Shown here: positions 11,311-21,587 of the stretch, in pieces
How positions within the stretch are numbered: position 1 is the stretch's first letter
Layout: each line of letters starts with the position of its first letter
NCBI RefSeq assembly: GCF_001194135.2
Contig: NC_069008.1
Span: 11,627,427-11,682,313 of the forward strand
Direction: 5' to 3'
Length of the DNA: 54,887 bases
From: Octopus bimaculoides
Taxonomy: Eukaryota
Position numbers and translations under genes: made by a program
Notes under the pieces: generated by a model
What the model was told of the DNA's origin: nothing
What the model saw: the letters and a program-made list of their open reading frames with translations, nothing else
Database searches by the model: none

Positions 11311-11799
11311 ACTAATGTCACGAAGAAGATATAAAGGCTGAATGTAAAAATTCAATGGTCAGAAAATGGGGTAAAAGAAAGGTGTTTTATTTTCGAGTAT
11401 AAATAATTCTTCCGAAAAATGGATAGGGAAGAGAGGAAAATGGAGAAACGGGACGCAGATGTATACAACCGTCAGGGCAAGCTTGAATGGCCGTGTGTGT
11501 TGTAGAGGTCATCTAGGCATCAGGCACAGGTGGACAAATGCTTACTGATCATATATTTGTGTGTGTGTGTGTGTCTGTGCGTGTGTGTTCATGCGTCTAT
11601 GTGTGTACATGCCTCTCTGTTTTCAAGCATTCATGTCCATACATGTGACTGTGTAAAAAGCAACTGCGTGTGTATATTGCGAGCGTATACATTGTGCACA
11701 TCTCTGTTTAATGTGTGTTTGTGCGCGCGGGCGTCTGTACGTGTAAGTACTTGCATAGTGTTTGAAAGTGTGAGTATATGAAGCTGTTGTATGCGTCAT

Positions 11800-12290
11800 T
11801 TTATAAGTAATAAGGGCTACATGCGCAGATGTAGTCCTGGGGGTTCGCGCTGTGCAAGGACTGTGCAATGAGATGCGTCACGGATGTGTTGAGGTGGGTA
11901 AGAGCAGGACATACACGCGTTCAGAAAGCTGATGCGCGATTAGCAGCCCCAGCATGGGCTGGGCGGCTTGTATGGCAGTCGGGGGTGAGGTTATTCTTTG
12001 CGGCTGAAATGGCGGGACATAAGACATGTCTGTACTAGAGAGGAGAAGGCAGCACGATAAATGTAGGTGGGACGGGAGGAAGTAAAGCTGAGGTAAGTGC
12101 GGGAGGGGACAGGATTGTAGTAGAGAGATGTAGTAAGGAAGGAGGGATTAATCGAAAGAGAAATATGAAGAAAGTTGACCAAGGAACCGGAGACAGAACC
12201 GGAAAGTTAAAGGACCTGGTGGAAGGATTGCGCGAAATTGAGGAAAGAGTTGGTCAAATTTTGGAAGTCTCCTTGGGCAATATTTGCGAT
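11800..12290 (-). mobile_element. Penelope-like element RT C-terminal/thumb fragment
   Basis: FLNFAQSFHQVL*LSGSVSGSLVNFLHISLSINPSFLTTSLYYNPVPSRTYLSFTSSRP matches the PLE pattern F..F.NSFH...F.FLD.....L.T..Y.KP.....YL...S.HP. Confidence 0.7.
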
Positions 12291-12309
12291 TTTCTTATTG
12301 TTAAGCAGA

Positions 12310-12351
12310 ACGAAGAGGAAGAATGAGAAGTGGAAGAAAAAGGAGTAGAGC

Positions 12352-12384
<33 letters not shown>

Positions 12385-13750
12385 ATAGTAGATGGGGGAG
12401 GAGGACGAGGAGAAGAAGAAGAAGAAGAAAGAGAAGAAGAAGAAAGAGAAGAAGAAGAGAAGAAGAAGAAGAAAAAGAAGATGGAGGTGGAGGAGGGGGG
12501 AAGAAGGAAGAAGAAGGTGAAGTAGGAGGAGAGGACGAGGAGGAGAAGAAAATGATGTAGAAATGGAAGTAGAAGTAGAAGAGGAAAATCGAGAACGAGA
12601 AAGGGGAGGATAAGAGATGTACGATGATGAAGATTATGATGATGTGGAGGAGAAGTAGGAGGTGGAGGAGGAGGAGGAGCTGGAGGAGGAGTAGGAGCTG
12701 GAGGAGGGGAGGAGGAGATGATGGGATGGAGGAGGAGAGGCGGGAAGACGGGAGGCAGAGTGCAGGGGAAGGAGGAGGAGAGGAGTGGAAAGGATAGGAG
12801 GAGGCAGAGAGATTCATAATGAAACTTCTAGGTAAAATATTAAGGGACAGAAAATAGGGGAGAAAGACATGATTGATTCACAAATATATCCTCAATGAAA
12901 TCCTATCAATAAGACTCATTCTACTTACAAAAGGATTAAACTGATGNNNNNNNNNNNNNNNNNNNNNNNNNNNNNNNNNNNNNNNNNNNNNNNNNNNNNN
13001 NNNNNNNNNNNNNNNNNNNNNNNNNNNNNNNNNNNNNNNNNNNNNNNNNNNNNNNNNNNNNNNNNNNNNNNNNNNNNNNNNNNNNNNNNNNNNNNNNNNN
13101 NNNNNNNNNNNNNNNNNNNNNNNNNNNNNNNNNNNNNNNNNNNNNNNNGGGGAAGGGGGAGGGGGGTATGAGGGAGGAGAGGTGTATGAGGGAGGAGAGG
13201 TGTATGAGGGAGGAGAGGTGTATGAGGGAGGGAAGGTGTATGAGGGAGGGTAGGATTGAGGGGAAGAGGAAGGGGAGGAGGGGACAAGAGAGGGAAAGAG
13301 GGTGGGGGAGATGAAATGGGAGGAGTAGGTTATGAAGGAGGAGAAGACGAATAACAAGAACAAGAACAAGAAAAACAGGAAGAGGAAGAAGTAGAAAAGA
13401 AGAAGAAAAGAAGAAGAACAAGAACAAGAAGAAGAAGAATGAAAAGAAGAAGAAGACGAAGAAGAAGGTAAAGAAGAAGAAGAAAGAGAACAAGGAAAGG
13501 GAGGAAGGGAGGAAGGGTGGAGAAGGAGTATGATGATGAAGATTATGATGATGAGGTAGAGGAGAGGGAAGAGAAGGAAAACGAAATGGAGTATAGGGAG
13601 GAGGAGAGGAATTTTCAGGGTTTCCTGTAGTTGAAACGAAGAGGAGGAAAAGGAGGAGAAGAAATAAAACGACGAAGGGGAGAAGGAGGAGGAGGGGAAT
13701 TTTAAGGGTTTCCAGTAGCTTCTTCTTCTCTGCTTCCTTCTCCTACTTCT
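12310..13750. repeat. ~1.4-kb polypurine low-complexity tract (GAA/GGA/AGT) with an 18-bp tandem repeat at about 13170-13250
   Basis: Read directly; unit GGTGTATGAGGGAGGAGA repeated about 4-5 times; contains a gap. Confidence 0.92.
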
Positions 13751-13973
13751 TCGTAAGAGAGTTATTTTTGCGTGTCAGCGCGAGAAAGAGAGAATATAAT
13801 ACGAAGTTTCAACTGCAGGAAACCCTAAAGAAGAAGAAGAAGAAGAAGAAGAAGAAGAAGAAGAAGAAGAAGANNNNNNNNNNNNNNNNNNNNNNNNNNN
13901 NNNNNNNNNNNNNNNNNNNNNNNNNNNNNNNNNNNNNNNNNNNNNNNNNNNNNNNNNNNNNNNNNNNNNNNNN

Positions 13974-14134
13974 CTACGAAGTATGGACTCGTACAAAGTT
14001 TGAATTGTTTCCAAAGGAATTTCTGTCCACTCTTCAGCTAAAACAGTCTCCAATTCTTATAATGATGATGGGGGAGGATATCGTCTCTTGTTTCACTAAA
14101 ATACACCATAAATGCTCAATAACATTGAGATCTG
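13974..14134 (-). mobile_element. Tc1 transposase C-terminal fragment
   Basis: PDLNVIEHLWCIL...ETVLAEEWTEIPLETIQTLYESI; similar to 26130-26310. Confidence 0.85.
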
Positions 14135-14400
14135 ACAGAGATGGATTGAAGATATACATGAGTTGCGAAAGTCGTGTGTGCAACGCGAGACTTCGTACAG
14201 GTGAAAATTATAAAAAGCTTAAGAAGATTGAGATCCATAATCACGCTTCAACTGCTGCAGAGGTAAATGCAAGGATAATAGTTTCAAATATTAAAGTAAA
14301 GTCTGTTTCATCTCGTGATGCCCTTCACTCAATTATCGCTAGTGAAATTCAGAACTTAAATGACTGTACATTGTCGCAAACACCTCCACTTGCAAAGAAT
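14135..14400 (+). mobile_element. FLYWCH-like zinc-finger fragment, probably from a Mutator (MULE) transposase N-terminus
   Basis: GLKIYMSCESRVCNARLRT...IHNHA followed by RIIVSNIKVKS, resembling the Y[W]xC....CxAR...HNH pattern. Confidence 0.6.
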
Positions 14401-14409
14401 ACCACTTGG

Positions 14410-14716
14410 GTGGGGGGAGGAGCCGATGCTGATCTAGCCTTTTTCACTACATATTCCACTTCTTTCCAGGATGGACATCTGAGGTTGAATTTGTATACTG
14501 GTATTTCAGCTCTACCAGCATTTGGGTTAACATCAAGAGCTTCGTTTCTGAGGTCCTCATCATTGTGAGTCTCCATTAGAAACGATTCTACCTCTTCCTA
14601 GGAGCTGGTTAATTTCCCTGATTTGGGAAACAGTTCTTGACAAATTGCGCTTGTTTTGTTTCACTCTCTTTTCACCGCTTCCGGGTGCTTTCTGCCCTTC
14701 TAAGCCTTCGTAGACG
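14410..14716 (-). mobile_element. Non-LTR retrotransposon fragment (RLE-type, HERO/NeSL-like), just upstream of RT
   Basis: RLRRAE..RKR...ETHNDEDLRNEAL...PSWKEVEYVVKKARSASAP. Confidence 0.65.
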
Positions 14717-14911
14717 TTCATAGAGATCTAAATATACGTATATTTGTGTACAGTCACTTTTCTCACTTCGGTTTTAATCAATGTTATTGATTCATAATTA
14801 ATTGTCTCTCTCTTTTATCATCTGTTACACCTCTCTCCTTTTCACCAGCTCCCTTTCCAACTTTACATTCACTGTACTCTCTTCCTCATTCTCTATCTTT
14901 TGGGCGTACTC

Positions 14912-14914
<3 letters not shown>

Positions 14915-14974
<60 letters not shown>

Positions 14975-15100
14975 TGTCACTGCTCGGAATCGAATTCGGA
15001 ATCTTGGGGTTAGTAGCCCGCGCTCTTAACCACTACGCCATATGACCGTGGGCGAGTTCGATTCCAAGCAGAGACCTGAATAATATTAATAATAATAATG

Positions 15101-15150
<50 letters not shown>
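14915..15150. mobile_element. Two head-to-head short tRNA-derived SINEs with (AAT)n tails
   Basis: Minus-strand head at about 14975-15047 (A box TGGCGTAGTGG, B box GAATTCGATTCC) with an (ATT)n tail. The plus copy keeps only the B-box half (GAGTTCGATTCC, 15054-15065) and an (AAT)n tail. Confidence 0.8.
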
Positions 15151-15154
<4 letters not shown>

Positions 15155-15201
15155 TTGAAAAATACCTTAGGAATGAAAAACCAGTTTCGAAATTTCCCCA
15201 A

Positions 15202-15246
15202 GACACTTGAAGAAGGCTGGAGGGTATATCAGCCGAAACTTTGTGT
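15202..15246 (+). ncRNA. Degenerate minimal type I hammerhead ribozyme motif (PLE type) in a SINE-associated tail (15152-15300)
   Basis: Stem I ACAC/GTGT, core TTGAAGA + extra A (expected CTGANGA), 5-bp stem II GGCTG/CAGCC, GAAA, then C-T-T-T (expected ACGT palindrome). Confidence 0.6.
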
Positions 15247-15309
15247 ATCCGTCGAATGTAAATAATGTACATAATTCCTCATCTCTTAAATATAGAACTG
15301 TTCAACAAT

Positions 15310-17842
15310 AATAATTCCAACAGCAAGATAAACTCATTTTAAGCCACAACGAAGTGAACAGGACGACGCCAAAAAAGTGAATGCTTATGTTGAACAATCC
15401 ATGAATTTATTTGGCACCGAATGTATGGAGAAATTTAATTTATGGAAAATACCCATAAGCGCTTTGTGCAATAACGGAAACGGAACAGTCGAACGATCAA
15501 ACGAGGTTGACAAACTGAAACAAAAAATGAAAGAAACTTTCCCAAAAGTTTTTTTCGAAAAGTTTAGGCTGTTGCACAAAAGCAAAAGCAAGGATTGCTA
15601 TCAAAGAAAATTGAGCACCTATTTTCAAGCCTAAACAGAACGTGCCGTTTGCGGCGGTCGACCAGGTCAATAAAGAACTAGAAAGGTTGGAAAGCCTGAA
15701 TATAATTGAAAAGATTGACCATGCAGACTGGACAGTACCGGCAGTGTATGTAAAAAAAATAATAAATAAACTAAGCGTGTGCGCAAACTTCTCAACCGGT
15801 TTATGCACACATGATTACCCACTTCCAAGCCCAGGGGAAGTATTTACTAAACTAAACGGAGGGAATTTTTTTTAACATAAACCTCGCAGAGGCCTACCTT
15901 CAAACTGAGTTTGAGAAAGATTGCACGCATTTACTAAGAAACAACAAGCACCATGGACACCCGCCTTATTCCAACAAATAATGGATGCGATGTTAAGTGA
16001 TTGCGACTTCGGCATCGCATACCTAGATGACATTCTTTTGAAGAACTAGTCTCGGGTGCAACGTGTCGAACACATAAAGAAAGTATTCGAGTGAATAAGT
16101 GAAAAAAACTGACAGAAGTAAAATGCGATTTATTTATGAAAAAATAGAATAAAATACGACGAAAGTGGACGCATCGAGAGCGACGGCAATACGAAATATG
16201 CCAACCCCGACGAACGTGACAATGCTACAAGCATTCCCAGGCTTGGTAAATTATTACCAAGTGTACATACCAAATATACTTAAGGTAAGAGCACCACTTA
16301 ATGGATTCCTAAAAGAAAATGTCAAATAGATTTGGGCAGAGAAATGCCAGAAAACATTTAAAGAGTTAAAAGATGTGTTAAATGATGAGTTAAAGGATGT
16401 GTCAAACTTATATCTTACGCATTTCGACCCCAAGTTAGAAATAATACTAGCTTCAGGTGCTAGCGAGTATGGGGAAGGAACCGTGCTTCTACACAAGTAT
16501 AACGAGAGCAGGAGAAAGACTATAGCTCACACATCAAGGACATTATTGCCGGCGAAAAAGAGCTATAACCAGGTTGGAAAAGAGACTTTGGCCATTATAT
16601 TTGGCGTGAAAAAAATTCACAGGTTCATTCACAGCCGATGTTTTTGGCTGCAAACACACCATAGATCTCTACTAACAATATACGGATCCAAGAAAGGAAT
16701 CCCGACACATACGGCAAACAGACTGCAGCGGTGAGATGCCATTTTATTAAACTACAATTATAGAATGGAATATCTGCTTGAAAAAACGTTGGGACATGCC
16801 AATGGTCTGTTAATTCCGAGAAATAACGAACCGATGGAGGACACCGTAATAGTAATGCTAAGAGCGGAAACAGCAACAAAAAAAATGTGATGTGGAACGT
16901 CGTGCGTGAACTACCAATAACCTTTGAAGAAATATAAAGAAATGCAAGAAATGACAAATTTAATAAGAGACAAAAAGAAAACTGTGGTCGACGAAAAGGA
17001 AATAAAAAAAGATCTGATGCAAAGAACCGCCAAAATGTGAACGTATAGCAATACCACATACATACCAGAAGAGAATGCTAAAAGAGTTTCATGTGGGACA
17101 CTCAGGCATCTCTAGATTGAAAGCGCTGATGCGAAGTTTCGTACGCTGGTCAAACATGGATAAAGAAGTTGAAAACCTGATAAAAGGCTGCAGAGGATGT
17201 GCGCTGGCAGCGAAACTACCTACTACAAACTATGAATCTTGGCCGGAAGGGAGAATACCATGGTCTCGATTGCATATCGACTTGGCAGGTCCGGTAAATG
17301 GATATTATTATTTGATAATACTGGACAGCTACACAAATTGGCCTGAGGTCCTGAGGTGTAAACGACCAACCTCATATACAGTAATAAACTTCTTGCACGA
17401 GCTGTTCGCAAGATTTGCTGCACCGGATATAATTGTCTCTGTTAATGGAACACAGTTTCTATCCTGTAAGCTTTAAAGATTCTGCGAGATGTTACATTAG
17501 AACACCCTAAATCAAATGGAAGGGCTGAATGGTTCGTGGACACTTCCAAGAGAGTTTTAAAAAAACGCTGTAAGGAATCCACGGACGAGATCACAATCCA
17601 ACATTTCTTAAGTGTATACAGGGCAACTCCGAATCCAAATGCGGCAGAAGGAAGTTCACCAGCAGAATTAATGTTTGCCAGAAAGGTGAGGTCAGTATTC
17701 AATAAACTGTTACCAGTGAAGAAAAAAATACATGCTAAAAAAGCATGTCAAAATTCTTCAGATTCAGTGATAAGGTATATGTGAGAACGTACAAAATGGC
17801 AAGCAGTGCTGGAAAGATGGAGAAATTGTAACATACATAGGG
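15310..17842 (+). mobile_element. Ty3/Gypsy LTR retrotransposon pol (protease end, RT, RNase H, integrase), degenerate and 5'-truncated
   Basis: VPFAAVDQVNKELERLE, YPLPSP..VFTKLNGG, YLDDILL, LASGASEYGEG..KETLAIIFGVKK, HVGHSGISRLKALMRS..W..MDKEVE..CRGC, PWSRLHIDLAGP; many stops and frameshifts. Confidence 0.93.
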
Positions 17843-20201
17843 AGAACTTAGGAGGGCGAGTTCAAGAAAATGTGAAACCGCCCAGTGGTAAATGGGTAGG
17901 ACCGCTCAAGCAATCGCGTGGGTACTGAGTTCGCTGCTTCCCACCGAGGCGCCGTCGTTGCCGACGACCGCACTGCCGGCGGCCGCTTGTTCCGCAGACG
18001 GTCGTCCACTGCCTCATCAGCGTCCGATTTCCGGGGCACCGACATCGGACGCACTTCCCCTCTGATCCGTCGTCGCGACCTGTTCCCGTTGAGTTGTATG
18101 GCAGTGCACCTCCACTGCCGGCTTCGGCTGACCAGCGTCGAGACCGACACGCTTCTCTCGACCGGGCCCATCACCCCACGAAAGCGCAGGAACGGCTGAC
18201 CCACGGAGACGGGCTGACGCTCCTCACTATCAGCAAGCACGATGCAGCGAGTCGCGATGCCACGATGCCACGATGCAGCCGCCCGCGTGCTGCCTCGTTG
18301 CCTCCCNNNNNNNNNNNNNNNNNNNNNNNNNNNNNNNNNNNNNNNNNNNNNNNNNNNNNNNNNNNNNNNNNNNNNNNNNNNNNNNNNNNNNNNNNNNNNN
18401 NNNNNNNNNNNNNNNNNNNNNNNNNNNNNNNNNNNNNNNNNNNNNNNNNNNNNNNNNNNNNNNNNNNNNNNNNNNNNNNNNNNNNNNNNNNNNNNNNNNN
18501 NNNNNNNNNNNNNNNNNNNNNNNNNNNNNNNNNNNNNNNNNNNNNNNNNNNNNNNNNNNNNNNNNNNNNNNNNNNNNNNNNNNCACGTGGCGCTTCGAAG
18601 CATCGTTCCCGTGTTGTGTCCACGCGTTCGCGATCGCGTTTCCGCGCGTCTTCGCGTTTCCGAGCGTCTTCGCGTTCCCGCTCCGACTCAGGTGTAGCAG
18701 GTGGCCGGGGACCCGAAAGAGGGCGATCCACGCCTAGTCGGGACGAAGCTAGAGAAAACTCTGGTGGAAGTCCGAAGCGCATCTGACGTGCAAATCGATC
18801 GTTGAAACCGGGTGTGGGGGCAAAAGACCAATTGAGCCGTCTAATACCTGGTTCCCTCCGAAATTTCCCTCAGGACAGCTGGCGCCAACGGGAGAACGAC
18901 ACGCAATTCCGTCGGGTAAAGCAAACGACTGGAGGCCCCAGGTTCGTTGACAGCCGCGATCTACTCTCGAACTCAGAACGGGCGAAACGGGCCGCTCCTC
19001 TATCGATTAAAGGTGGCCGTATATCGCAGCCATTGCAACGAGACAAATGCACGGTGCCAAGTAGCTCACTTTTGGTAAGCAGAACTTGTGATGTAGGATG
19101 AACCGAACGTCCGGCTAAGTTGCCCCAAGCTTCGCCCATTAGATCCCCGAAAGGGAGTCGATCGATATAGACAGCAGACCGTGGCCACGGAAGTCGGAAT
19201 CCGCTCAGAAGTGTGTAACAACTTACTGCCAAATCGACCGGCCCCGAAAATAGATGGCGCTGAAGCGAGCGGTCGATGCCGAACCGGCCGGGCGGCAGGT
19301 TGCGCGATTACAGGCGAGGCTACTTTCCGATCCTCGGTAGAGTAGGAGGGCACCGCGGCGTGCATGGAAGCCGTGGGCGCGAGCCCGGATGAAACCGACC
19401 GTGGGTGCAGATCTCGGTGGTACTAGCAAATATCCGAACGAGACCTTCGAAGACAGAAGCGGAAAAGGGTTCCATGCCAACGGCGGTCGGGAACAGATCA
19501 GTCAGTTCTAAGAAGTGGGCGAAAGCTTTCACGAAAGGCGCCTGATCCGTCATTGTTGTTGTTGACAGTGCACGCACGCACGCACGCACGCAAGCGGCCG
19601 GCTTCGCTTCGAAAGGGAATCGGGTTAAAATTGCCCAACCCGAAATCGGAGAATTCCCGTCCGGCGGCGGGAACGCAGCGTGCTCCTAGCAGCGCGTCCA
19701 TCGTCGAAGCCGGCGCCCGGGCGAAGCAGCGGCAACTCAAGTGAGTCTGGAGATGTTGCCGGGAGCCCCGGGAAGAGTTCTCTCTTCTTCGTAAAGGACC
19801 GCACCCGTGGAGTAGGCTCCACCGGAGATACGGATATGATGCCTGTAGAGCGCCGCGCCTCAGGTGGTGTCCGGTTCGCTCTCGGAAGCCCTAGAAAATT
19901 CGGGTCCGAAACGATTCGCAGCTCTCGTATTCACCAACCATAGCAGGTCTCTAAGGTGTACAGCCTCACGTCGATAGCGCCAATGTACGTAAGGGAAGTC
20001 AGCAAAATGGATCCGTAACTTCGGAAGAAGGATTGGCTCCGAGGACCTGGTCGCTCGGGCCGTGTGTGTCGCTGTGCACCCGCGCGGCCGCGTTGCCGTT
20101 CGCTCGGCGTCACGCCACCAGGCGCCGGAACACGTCTTCACGCGAAGCGGCGGACCGGTACGGAGCTGTAGCGTTGGCGTCGGACTCGGCATTCCCTGGT
20201 G
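17843..20201 (+). pseudogene. 28S: 28S (LSU) rRNA fragment, from the D1/D2 boundary into D8, diverged, embedded in the Gypsy element
   Basis: Collinear LSU core motifs: GAGTTCAAG..GTGAAACCG (~17857), GGGACCCGAAAGA (~18708), CTGACGTGCAAATCGATCG (18783), GGTAAGCAGAAC (19074), GTGCAGATCT (~19405), CGAAAGGGAATCGGG (19610), GGATCCGTAACTTCGG (20009). There are many substitutions at normally conserved sites, and a gap at 18307-18583. Confidence 0.93.
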
Positions 20202-20670
20202 CCACGGACGAGATCGCGATCCAACAATTCTTAAGAGTTTACCGGTAACTCCGAACCCAAATGCAGCAGAAGGATGTTCACTGGCAGAATTAATGTTTGC
20301 CAGAAAGGTGAAGTCAGTATTCGATAAACTGTTACCAGTGAAGAAAAAAATACGTGCTAATAAAGACATGCCAAAATTCTTCAGAAACGGTAATAAGGTA
20401 CATTGTAAGAATGTGTAAAAATGGCAAGCAATACTTGAAGGGGAAATTGTAACAAACATAAGAAGCAGAAAAGGAATGGAAAGGAGACATAGAAATCAGT
20501 TTTAGGAAGGAGCCATAGAAAAGGAAACATCAGGAGTAGAAATACCGATGGTTTGGCTATATGACAATTTTCAGGTCCCAACACCGTTACAAGAAGTCGA
20601 AACAACACGTACAAGGAAAAGGAAGGATATTGAAACCCTAAAAGTAGACCCTAAGAAGAAAAGCTATTGA
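20202..20670 (+). mobile_element. Gypsy integrase C-terminus resuming after the 28S insert; the first ~260 bp duplicate 17579-17842
   Basis: TDEIAIQQFLRVYR.TPNP...AELMFARKVKSVFDKLLP, then WK.RHRNQ and ...KVDPKKKSY* (TGA at 20668-20670). Confidence 0.9.
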
Positions 20671-20678
20671 GTATGTAT

Positions 20679-20741
<63 letters not shown>

Positions 20742-20992
20742 GGTTGAATGTAAATTCGTCCTTTCTTTTGGAGCTTTCCAAAAGAGATTTCTAATGTTTG
20801 TTCTTCATACTTTGCTGGTTGTTTACAGGCGTAAATTTGCGAAGATATGAAAGTAACACTTGCATATAATGCACGGTGAATTTATGGAAAGAAGTCCCAT
20901 AAAATTCATCAATTTATTTAAAAATGAAGGAGACAAGTTGTTAAAATATATAAGAAGTTTAATAAATGATTAATACAAATTGGTTGTTAATT

Positions 20993-21185
20993 AAAAAGAA
21001 AAGTAAAAGGGGTGATTTTGTATAGTAAAATTGTACACCCCTCCCGGTAAAAAGTGGTAGTTGCCAGCCATTATAAATAGACCAGTAGCCGGTCGACAGA
21101 AGGTCGGAAGGTCGAGAATACGTGTAGATATCCGTGTCTGTCGGTATTGAAATTATACTTTGATAGTTAGTGGAAGTTTTATATC
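20993..21185 (+). mobile_element. Probable Gypsy polypurine tract and start of the 3' LTR, interrupted by a SINE
   Basis: AAAAAGAAAAGTAAAAGGGG (20993-21012) immediately followed by TG; TATAAATA at 21072-21079. Confidence 0.55.
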
Positions 21186-21393
21186 CTTTCTGCTGTAGGC
21201 ACAGGGCCTGAAATTTGGGGTAGGGTTCAGTCGATTAGATCAACCACAGTACGCAACTGGTTCTTAATTTATCGACCCCGAAAGGATGAAAGGCAAAGAC
21301 GACCTCGGTGGAATTTGAACTAAGGACGTAAAGACAGACGAAATACTACTTTGCATTTCGCTCGGCGTGCTAAAATTTCTGCTAGCTCGGCGC
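21185..21393 (-). mobile_element. tRNA-head SINE with a Nin/Deu-like core
   Basis: Minus strand reads GCGCCGAGCTAGCAG...TAGTTCAAATTCC...GCCTTTCATCCTTTCGGGGTCGATAAATTAAGAACCAG. Paralogs at 27300-27502, ~45810-45985 and ~48835-48942. Confidence 0.85.
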
Positions 21394-21587
21394 TTTGAGT
21401 GGACGTTATAGCGATCCAACCCTTTGAGGATTATAACACTGTACGACTGAGGGTTGTACAGTGCCAGAAAGAAACATTCTATCGGCGACTTCGAAATGTA
21501 ACGGTGGCAAAAGACCGCTATACAACACAATGATAATTTGAGACATTGTATGCGGAAAATATGTTAGAAGTGAATTTTAATACTTTC

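Noticed and set aside
13768-14568. 266-aa ORF as a gene
   Set aside because: It is a read-through of a microsatellite, a gap, antisense Tc1, a MULE-like fragment and antisense LINE.
14975-15047. tRNA gene with ACT anticodon
   Set aside because: The anticodon and T stems pair poorly and an (AAT)n tail follows directly, so it is a SINE head.
17843-20201. Functional rDNA unit, or an R2-like/rDNA-targeted insertion
   Set aside because: There is no 18S, 5.8S or 28S terminus, conserved cores are mutated, and the rRNA lies inside the retroelement rather than the reverse.
17918-20248. Many Arg/Ala-rich ORFs on both strands
   Set aside because: They are spurious frames in GC-rich 28S rRNA sequence.
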